Part shown: positions 8,171 to 14,027 of the stretch, piece by piece
Position numbering within the stretch: position 1 is the stretch's first letter
How the letters are laid out: the number at the start of each line of letters is the position of its first letter
Assembly: GCA_039794085.1 (NCBI GenBank)
Contig: JBDIWC010000076.1
Location: 1-14,027, forward strand
Source: Gemmatimonadales bacterium
GTDB taxonomy: Bacteria > Gemmatimonadota > Gemmatimonadetes > Gemmatimonadales > GWC2-71-9
DNA length: 14,027 nt
Reading direction: 5' to 3'
Made by a program: the position numbers and the translations under genes
Notes under the pieces: generated by a model
Told to the model about the DNA's origin: nothing
The model's database searches: none
The model's input: only the letters and a program-made list of their open reading frames with translations

Positions 8171-8191
8171 AAACCTAAGGTTCTTAGGTTT
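8171..8191. promoter_or_regulatory. Putative PadR operator
   Basis: Perfect inverted repeat AAACCTAAG-GTT-CTTAGGTTT, 14 nt upstream of the PadR start. Confidence 0.7.
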
Positions 8192-8220
8192 GACGCATTG
8201 AGCGGCGAAATGGTTTCGTT

Positions 8221-8261
8221 CCTCACCCCCGGCCCCTCTCCCGCAGGCCGGGAGAGGGGGG
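8221..8261. repeat. REP-like palindromic element (CCTCACCCCCGGCCCCTCTCCCG...CGGGAGAGGGG)
   Basis: Stem CCCCTCTCCCG/CGGGAGAGGGG with a short loop; resembles a widespread intergenic repeat type. Confidence 0.7.
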
Positions 8262-8262
8262 A

Positions 8263-8291
8263 TTGCATATGTGGTCTCACGTGACTACATT
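8263..8291 (+). promoter_or_regulatory. Sigma70-like promoter with overlapping operator for the TA operon
   Basis: TTGCAT-N17-TACATT; imperfect inverted repeat ATGTGGTC-N6-GACTACAT at 8269-8290. Confidence 0.6.
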
Positions 8292-8297
8292 CAAGAG

Positions 8298-8594
8298 ATG
8301 GCAAGAAGGATCGGAGTACGTTACCTCAAGGCCCATCTCAGCCGGATCCTCAAGGAGGTCCAGGCGGGGGGGGAATCGGTCCTGGTCACCGACCGAGGCC
8401 GGGTCGTGGCCCAACTCAGCCGCCCCTCCGCCAAGGTGGTGGACGGATCGGTAGTGGAATCGCTGCGACGTATGGCGACCGCGGGTCACCTGCGCCTGGC
8501 GGAGCCGGTGGTGGACCCGTACCCGAGGTCACCCTTGTCTCTGCCGGAGGGAACCGGTGCAAGCTTGCTCGATGAGGAACGTGGCGAGAGGTGA
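8298..8594 (+). CDS. Type II antitoxin, Phd/YefM family
   Basis: IGVRYLKAHLSRILKEVQAGGESVLVTDRGRVVAQL; GTGA overlap with the toxin gene. Confidence 0.9.
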   Translation: MARRIGVRYLKAHLSRILKEVQAGGESVLVTDRGRVVAQLSRPSAKVVDGSVVESLRRMATAGHLRLAEPVVDPYPRSPLSLPEGTGASLLDEERGER

Positions 8595-9016
8595 TCGTCT
8601 ATGCCGAGTCGAGCGCGGTGCTCGCCTGGCTCCTGGGTGAGCCGACGGCGGAAGAGGTGCGCACCTGCCTGGTGAACGCCGGCGCAGTCGTCACCTCGTC
8701 CTTGACCGCCCTGGAGTGCGCCCGCGGCCTTGCCCGAGCGCGAGTCCTTGGTCGCGTTCATGCCTCCGACGAACTGGCCGCACTCCGCATTCTGGACACC
8801 GCCGTCGCCGCCTGGTCTATCCACCACCTCACTGACCGGGTTCTGACCGGGGCTCGGTGCCCGTTTCCCGTCGAGCCTGTCCGGACCCTCGATGCGCTGC
8901 ACCTCGCGACGGCCACACTCTTTCACGAGGTGCTCGGGTCGTTGACAGTGCTCTCCCTGGACGATCGGGTCCGCGGGAACGCCGCCGCGCTCGGGCTGGC
9001 CGTGTGGCCGGGATGA
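8591..9016 (+). CDS. vapC: Type II toxin, VapC/PIN domain
   Basis: VYAESSAVLAWLLGE, LTALEC, RTLDALHLATA, LSLDDR: acidic PIN residues. Confidence 0.9.
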   Translation: MIVYAESSAVLAWLLGEPTAEEVRTCLVNAGAVVTSSLTALECARGLARARVLGRVHASDELAALRILDTAVAAWSIHHLTDRVLTGARCPFPVEPVRTLDALHLATATLFHEVLGSLTVLSLDDRVRGNAAALGLAVWPG

Positions 9017-9027
9017 TGGGGCGTTGT

Positions 9028-9108
9028 GGGCGAATGTGATTCGCCCCTACCACCTGCTGCCCTTCGTTGTCACCTGACGCTCGGGCGACGCTGGCGCGTC
9101 GCCCCTAT
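9028..9108 (-). repeat. Two GTAG-type REP-like palindromes
   Basis: Reverse complement of 9028-9050 is GTAGGGGCGAATCACATTCGCCC; of 9083-9108 is ATAGGGGCGACGCGCCAGCGTCGCCC. Confidence 0.75.
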
Positions 9109-9137
9109 TCCCTACTCCCCATTCCCGACTCCCTATC
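9103..9137. repeat. Heptamer tandem repeat (CCCTATT family, 5 units)
   Basis: ccctatt ccctact ccccatt cccgact ccctatc. Confidence 0.85.
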
Positions 9138-9140
9138 TTC

Positions 9141-10196
9141 TCACTTCCACCGGAAGATTCGGAGCGCCACCCCGTAGGTCACGACCAGCCACCCGGTGAG
9201 GATCAGCAGTTCTCCGCCCACCGCCACCAGGGGCAGCCCGTTCAGGATCACTCCCCGGAGGGCGTCGTTAGCCGCCGTGAGGGGGAGCGCCTGGATCACC
9301 GGTTGCATCGCCTCGGGAAACCGTGACGTGGCGAAGAAGACACCGGAGAAGATCCACATCGGCAGCATGATCACGTTCATGAGGCCGGACGCGCCCTCCA
9401 CCGTCTGGGCCCGTGACGCAGCCAGAAGCCCGATCCCTCCGAAGGTCAGGGCGGCGAGCACCGAGACGGCGGCCAGGGAGAGGAGGGACCCATTGAGAGG
9501 CACGTCGAAAACGAGCATGCCGAACACAAGGACCACCCCCACCTCAAGCACCAGGAACGCCAGCCGGGCCAGCAGAAAGCTCCCCAGATACTCGGCGCGG
9601 GACATCGGAGTGGCCACGAGACGTTTGAGCAGCTTCCGCCGGCGGGCGTCCACGATGGCATACCCGATGCCCCACACCCCGCTCGACAGCAGGTTCATCC
9701 CGATCAGGCCGGGGATCAGGAAGTCGATGTACCGGGAGCCGGTCTCGTCGATGAGATCATCCACCACGCGCACCGGGTCCTCCCGGCCGAACATGCGCTG
9801 CAGGCGATCGTTGGCCAGGGCCCGGGCAATCAGGGCGTCGGTTCGGGTCGGGTCGTAGCGGAGGCGGAGATCGCCGGAGTTGTCGGGGATGACCAGCAGC
9901 GCGATCGCCCCGGTCCGGAGGAGGTTCTCGCCCTGGGCGCTGTCCACCAGGGCCACCGCCATCTTCTGCGCCCGGGTGAGGGCCTGCGGCAGGCCGGCGG
10001 AGTTCGGCAAGTCGATGCGAAGCCCGATCGCCACGATCTCGGGGGGCCGGTTCCGGAACGCGACCCCCAGGCCGCCCGCCATGAGAATGGGGAAGACGAT
10101 GACCCAGAAGATCGCCTCCGGTTCGCGATAGAACTCCCGGAACCGGACCAGGATCAACTGCCTCAGGGACGCGAAAACCCGGCGGTGCTCAGCCAT
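9141..10196 (-). CDS. ABC-2 type transporter permease
   Basis: REPEAIFWVIVFPIL, YIDFLIPGLIGM, LKRLVATPM, multiple TM helices. Confidence 0.93.
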   Translation of the reverse strand: MAEHRRVFASLRQLILVRFREFYREPEAIFWVIVFPILMAGGLGVAFRNRPPEIVAIGLRIDLPNSAGLPQALTRAQKMAVALVDSAQGENLLRTGAIALLVIPDNSGDLRLRYDPTRTDALIARALANDRLQRMFGREDPVRVVDDLIDETGSRYIDFLIPGLIGMNLLSSGVWGIGYAIVDARRRKLLKRLVATPMSRAEYLGSFLLARLAFLVLEVGVVLVFGMLVFDVPLNGSLLSLAAVSVLAALTFGGIGLLAASRAQTVEGASGLMNVIMLPMWIFSGVFFATSRFPEAMQPVIQALPLTAANDALRGVILNGLPLVAVGGELLILTGWLVVTYGVALRIFRWK

Positions 10197-11148
10197 CGCG
10201 CAGGTGCCTCCCGGTCAGGGACACGAACAGATCCTCCAGTGTGGCGGTGTGCACCTGCAGGCTGGTCACCGTGAGACTCTGTCGGGCACACCGTTCGAGA
10301 AGGGAAGGGAGCGCGGTCTGCACCGGTTCGGCCTGGGCCGTGAACGCTCCCCCACCCTGCACCGGTCGCACCCCGTGCAGACCCGGCGCGTCCGCCAGCA
10401 GGGTCACCAGGGCCTCCGCCCCCGGGTCGGGATCGAGTGTAAACTCGACCACATGTTCCGCCCCCATCGAGGCCACCAGCTCCCGGGGCGTCCCGAGGGC
10501 AATGACGCGGCCGTGGTCCACGATGGCCACCCGGTCGCAGAGGTGCTGGGCCTCCTCCATGTAGTGGGTGGTGAGAACGACCGTGCGGCCATCCTTCCGG
10601 AACCCGGCCACCAGATCCCAGACCTGGAGACGGGACTGTGGATCGAGCCCGGTCGTGGGCTCATCGAGGAAGAAGAGATCGGGATTGCCCACCAGCGCAC
10701 AAGCGAGCGCCAGCCGTTGCCGCTGCCCCCCGGAGAGATTCCCCACCCGGGACCGGGTCTTTTCCGTGAGTTCCACAGTCCGGAGGACCTCGTCCACCGG
10801 CCGGGAATCGGGATAGAAGCTCCGGAAAAGATCGATCGTCTCCCGGACCGTCAGCTTGTCGCTCAGACGTGTTTCCTGCAGGGAGATCCCGAGCCGCTCC
10901 CGAAGCCGCCGGGCATCACTCTTCCAGGTCAGGCCGAGCACGGTGACCTCACCGGCGTCCGCGGCGGTCAACCCCTCGCAGATTTCGATGGTCGTGGTCT
11001 TCCCCGCCCCGTTGGGGCCGAGGATTCCGAAACACTCCCCGGCTTCCACGGTGAGGTCGAGACCATCCACCGCCACAACGGGGCCGTAGGATTTCCGAAG
11101 CCCCCGGATCTGGAGAGCAGGGGCGTCTGGGGCGACGGGTGATGGCAT
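10189..11148 (-). CDS. ABC transporter ATP-binding protein (DrrA-like exporter)
   Basis: Walker A GPNGAGKTT, signature LSGGQ, Walker B FFLDEPT, TTHYMEEA. Start taken at ATG 11148. Confidence 0.95.
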   Translation of the reverse strand: MPSPVAPDAPALQIRGLRKSYGPVVAVDGLDLTVEAGECFGILGPNGAGKTTTIEICEGLTAADAGEVTVLGLTWKSDARRLRERLGISLQETRLSDKLTVRETIDLFRSFYPDSRPVDEVLRTVELTEKTRSRVGNLSGGQRQRLALACALVGNPDLFFLDEPTTGLDPQSRLQVWDLVAGFRKDGRTVVLTTHYMEEAQHLCDRVAIVDHGRVIALGTPRELVASMGAEHVVEFTLDPDPGAEALVTLLADAPGLHGVRPVQGGGAFTAQAEPVQTALPSLLERCARQSLTVTSLQVHTATLEDLFVSLTGRHLRDG

Positions 11149-11209
11149 GGTGCCCGACAAAATAGAATCGGAACCCCGAATTGTCATACCCGGGGCTCGC
11201 GCCCCGGGC

Positions 11210-11482
11210 TCACCTCTCCGCGGGTGTCGACTGCTCCGCGGTCCCGCCTTCCAGCAGGCGCGATCGATGATCGGCAATCAGCCGCTCGGCGAAATCGAGC
11301 CGGTTCTCCAGTTCGGCCACTCGGGAGGACAACAGTTCCACCTCCTCGTCCCGGGCCTCCAACTGGTCGGTCAGCCGGTCCATCTGGCGCGACATGTCCC
11401 GCGGGATCTTCCCACCCTGCTTGACCATGGGAATGACCACGGCGAAGAGCACAATGAGGACGGCGAGGGACATCACTGGCAT
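11210..11482 (-). CDS. Small single-pass membrane protein with coiled coil
   Basis: N-terminal hydrophobic helix, then ...RVAELENRLDFAERLI; AAAGGAG RBS. Confidence 0.75.
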   Translation of the reverse strand: MPVMSLAVLIVLFAVVIPMVKQGGKIPRDMSRQMDRLTDQLEARDEEVELLSSRVAELENRLDFAERLIADHRSRLLEGGTAEQSTPAER

Positions 11483-11510
11483 CTCCTTTCAATCAGGTCG
11501 AAGTTCTCAA

Positions 11511-12116
11511 TCAGACCGAAGTGCCTGATCCGCTCCCGGAATCCCGGAGTGCCCGAATCTCCTCGATGGCACGGTCCAGCACCGCCATCACCTCCCGGGT
11601 CACCGGATCCTGGCTCCCTCGCCGCCAGGCCTCCCGGTACACCAGTTTGACCAGCCTGGTCACGCGCTCGTGCACCTCGCGCATCTGTCCCGCCCCCCCG
11701 ACCATGTCCCGTACCGTCTCCCGGACCCGGTCCAGGATCTCTTCGATGGTGTCGCGGTGCTCATCGAGAAACGCCTCCCCCTCGGCCGTGATGTGGTAGG
11801 TTTTCTTTCCGTCGCTCTCCACCACGCGCACATACCCCTCGTCCTCCAGCAGCTGGAGTGTCGGGTACACCGTCCCCGCCGAGGGGGTGTAGCACCCGTT
11901 GAAACGCTGCTCCAGCTCCTTGATGATGTCGTACCCGTGACGGGGCCGCTCCCGGATGAGCCGGAGAATCACGAACTTGATGTCCCCCGTTTCGAAAATC
12001 GGGCGGCGCCGCTTCCGGCCCGGTCCGAACCCCACCCGGATCCCCGCACCCCAGTCCCCGAGATTCCGGTCGATCTCGTCGAAGATGTCGCCAAACCAGT
12101 CGTTGGAACGTGCCAT
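11511..12116 (-). CDS. PadR family transcriptional regulator (YqjI-like)
   Basis: GDIKFVILRLI, PRHGYDIIKEL, YTPSAGTVYPTLQLLED, GKKTYHIT. Confidence 0.95.
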   Translation of the reverse strand: MARSNDWFGDIFDEIDRNLGDWGAGIRVGFGPGRKRRRPIFETGDIKFVILRLIRERPRHGYDIIKELEQRFNGCYTPSAGTVYPTLQLLEDEGYVRVVESDGKKTYHITAEGEAFLDEHRDTIEEILDRVRETVRDMVGGAGQMREVHERVTRLVKLVYREAWRRGSQDPVTREVMAVLDRAIEEIRALRDSGSGSGTSV

Positions 12117-12139
12117 GGTACCCTCTCGAGTGTGAGTCT

Positions 12140-12188
12140 CGATATATCGTACGATATGTCGGTTGATATGTCAAGATATATCGTACGA
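12140..12188 (-). promoter_or_regulatory. Sigma70 promoter overlapped by two putative PadR operators
   Basis: Minus strand TTGACA (12169-12174)-N17-TACGAT (12146-12151); direct repeat GATATATCGTACGA at 12141-12154 and 12175-12188; palindrome CGATATATCG at 12140-12149. Confidence 0.8.
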
Positions 12189-12210
12189 CTATGGAATGGG
12201 GAGTCGGGTA

Positions 12211-12536
12211 TAGTCCCTTAAAAACAAGATTGAACGCAAGACGGCCACAATATTGTGGGCGACTCCCGACCCCCCCCCGCCGACCGTTCGGGTCACGGCG
12301 ATCGCATCGGCCGCGCCGTGCAAGGGGAATGGCCACAAAAAGCACAGAAGTCACAAGAGGCACACCTCGGTGCGCATGGGGTCCCACCAGGGGCGAAGAG
12401 GTTTCTGTGCCTTTTGTGCTTCTTGTGGTTGGCTCTGGGGGTGGGGAGAGGTACTCGGGCAGGACCGGAACCCATGCCGAAGAAACCCCACGCGCGACCC
12501 CGAGGCGCCTCTTTGGTTCCGGATGTGCCGGCTTAG
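12211..12536 (+). mobile_element. ~320-bp non-coding element inserted in a heptamer tract, flanked by TAG direct repeats (copy B)
   Basis: Deleting 12214-12536 restores the in-phase tract GGAATGG GGAGTCG GGTATAG GGAATAG GGAATAG. Its left end is homologous to 23-111. Confidence 0.6.
12333..12428. repeat. Inverted arms built from 9-bp units (CACAAAAAG-like, x3) around a ~37-bp spacer
   Basis: Left: ccacaaaaag cacagaagt cacaagagg caca. Right (reverse complement): ccacaagaag cacaaaagg cacagaaa. Confidence 0.8.
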
Positions 12537-12665
12537 GGAATAGGGAATAGGGGGAAAACTTCCTTGCATGGGAAACCGACCACAGGCAGCCCCCGTAGGG
12601 CAAGGAGCCCTGATTCCGATGCCTCGATCCGCCGGGCCATGAACCCTCGCTAACCGGACATTCCC

Positions 12666-13598
12666 ATGACCCCGTTCCGCCGCTCCCGGGCAATGGCCTT
12701 CCTCCTTGCTGGTGCCGCCGTTGCTCCAGCCTCTCCCGCCCTGGCCCAGATGCCGGGGCCCCCCACGGCGAGTTGCCAGGACACTCCCGCGTTCCACGCG
12801 CTCGACTTCTGGCTCGGCGAGTGGACCGTCCGGGTGGGAGCACAGATGGCGGGGACGAATCGGATCGAACGTATCCTGGGGGGGTGCGCCATCTCCGAGA
12901 CCTGGCGGGATGCCGGCGGGGGAGAGGGCAGGAGCCTCTTCTACTATCTCCCCTCCGAGGAGGAATGGCGTCAGGTGTGGGTCACTCCCAATGCCCTGCG
13001 GGTCGGCGGAGTCAAGGAGAAGCGGATGACGGAGAGGGTGGGAGACGGGCTCCGGTTCCAGGGAACGATTGGTCTTCCGGGCGGAGGGAGCTATCTCGAC
13101 CGCACCACCTTGACCCCGGAACCGGATGGAACGGTGCGTCAGGTCATCGAAATCTCACAGGATGATGGCACCACATGGCGGACCATGTTCGACGGCATCT
13201 ATCATCGAGTCGATGCGGTCCCACCGACCGGGGCATCGGCACGGGGCGTGACACCGCACTCGCTGGCGTGGCGCCCCGCCGCGCCGGGCGTGGAGCTCGC
13301 CCTCGCCGAGGGGACCCCGGGCACCGCGGGCGCGCGGTTCACCATGATGCTCCGGTTCGAGGACGGGAGCTGGATTCCACCCCACTGGCACAACGTGGAG
13401 AAGGTGCTCACGGTGATCTCCGGGGAACTCCTCCTGGGAGAGGGAGACCGACTCGACGCCGAGACCACCCGGCGATTCGGTCCGGGGAGCGTCATCGTCA
13501 TCCCGGCGGAGCGGCGGCACTACGAGGGGGGCGCGGGGAAAACGCTGGTGTCGCTCACCGCCATTGGCCCCCTCCGCACCACGATGGTCTCACCGTGA
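12666..13598 (+). CDS. Secreted protein: uncharacterised beta-rich domain fused to a C-terminal cupin (DUF4437-like)
   Basis: Signal peptide; FHALDFWLGEW...GGCAISETW...WRQVWV...SQDDGTTW...FDGIY domain; cupin motifs IPPHWHNVE...VISG and IPAERRHY. Confidence 0.8.
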   Translation: MTPFRRSRAMAFLLAGAAVAPASPALAQMPGPPTASCQDTPAFHALDFWLGEWTVRVGAQMAGTNRIERILGGCAISETWRDAGGGEGRSLFYYLPSEEEWRQVWVTPNALRVGGVKEKRMTERVGDGLRFQGTIGLPGGGSYLDRTTLTPEPDGTVRQVIEISQDDGTTWRTMFDGIYHRVDAVPPTGASARGVTPHSLAWRPAAPGVELALAEGTPGTAGARFTMMLRFEDGSWIPPHWHNVEKVLTVISGELLLGEGDRLDAETTRRFGPGSVIVIPAERRHYEGGAGKTLVSLTAIGPLRTTMVSP

Positions 13599-13606
13599 CG
13601 CCTCGG

Positions 13607-13894
13607 TCAGGTCACCGGGGCGGGGCCTGATTCGGTCGGGAGACCGGCATCCACCCAACTACGGATCCCCGCCGAGAGAACCCGCACGTCGGTGTACCCC
13701 AGGCCCTTGGCGCGACGGGCGGCCAACGGAGCCTTTCGACACAGCGGATTGGAGCAGTAGAACACGAGCGGTGACGCACGATCTCCTGGCAGCAGGCCCG
13801 GGTGGGAGAGGACCGGGTCGAGCGGCAAGGCACCCGGCACCCGCGCCCGTTCCCAACTGGCCCGGGTGTTGACGTCACAAACGGTGACCGCTAA
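13607..13894 (-). pseudogene. Rhodanese-like protein, 5'-truncated
   Basis: Frame reads AVTVCDVNTRASWERARVPGA...LVFYCSNPLCRKA...GYTDVRVLSAGIRSWVDAGLP. In-frame TGA at 13895-13897, and the IS end begins at 13902. Confidence 0.75.
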
Positions 13895-13901
13895 TCATCG
13901 A

Positions 13902-14027
13902 GGGTCTTCACCCGATTGAGTGGGTAACCGGCCTCACTTGACACCAGCCGGATAGAGATTCAGGCCACCCAGATGGAAATAGATGGCCGTCTTGAAGCGT
14001 TCCTTGTTGCGGAAACCGCGACTGCGG
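13902..14027 (-). mobile_element. ISL3 family insertion sequence, right end (runs off the window)
   Basis: Terminus GGGTCTTCACCCGATTGAGTGGGTA (GG-TCTTC type) lies about 30 nt downstream of the transposase stop. Confidence 0.88.
13934..14026 (-). CDS. ISL3 family transposase, C-terminal fragment (not in the ORF track)
   Basis: Manual translation RSRGFRNKERFKTAIYFHLGGLNLYPAGVK*, a typical ISL3 C-terminus. Confidence 0.92.
   Translation of the reverse strand, partial: RSRGFRNKERFKTAIYFHLGGLNLYPAGVK

Noticed and set aside
7813..8304. N-terminal 164-aa extension of the 1082-aa permease ORF
   Set aside because: It overlaps PadR in another frame and the TA promoter; the real start is ATG 7812, coupled to the PadR stop.
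12245..12258. CCACAATATTGTGG as an NrdR box
   Set aside because: Shorter than the NrdR consensus, no nrd genes nearby, and it lies inside a dispersed repeat.
12191..12550. Short ORFs in the 12.2-12.55 kb intergenic region
   Set aside because: They translate tandem and inverted repeats (for example HKKHRSHKRH); no RBS or domain evidence.

Overview
GC-rich bacterial DNA. The acidobacterial-type PadR plus ADOP permease pair and the repeat content suggest Gemmatimonadota or Acidobacteriota (inference). Genes: DinB-family protein, CigR-family secreted protein, GxxExxY (PD-(D/E)xK-like) gene with an internally deleted sister copy, Crp/Fnr regulator divergent from a secreted His-rich protein, DUF1330 protein, ABM monooxygenase, two small hypothetical proteins, PadR-ADOP permease operon, Phd/YefM-VapC toxin-antitoxin pair, a PadR/small membrane protein/ABC-2 exporter cluster, a secreted cupin fusion, and a rhodanese gene cut by an ISL3 element at the right edge. 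The intergenic DNA is the most interesting part. (i) The GxxExxY gene is bracketed by 27-bp inverted arms made of 3x8-bp units, and a MITE-like deletion derivative and a solo arm lie beside it. (ii) A ~320-bp element lacking terminal inverted repeats sits in phase at a duplicated TAG inside a heptamer tandem-repeat tract; it carries 9-bp-unit inverted arms internally, and a second copy abuts the same heptamer position at the window start. Together these suggest a poorly described family of repeat-associated mobile elements, possibly linked to the GxxExxY nuclease. All alignments were done by eye.
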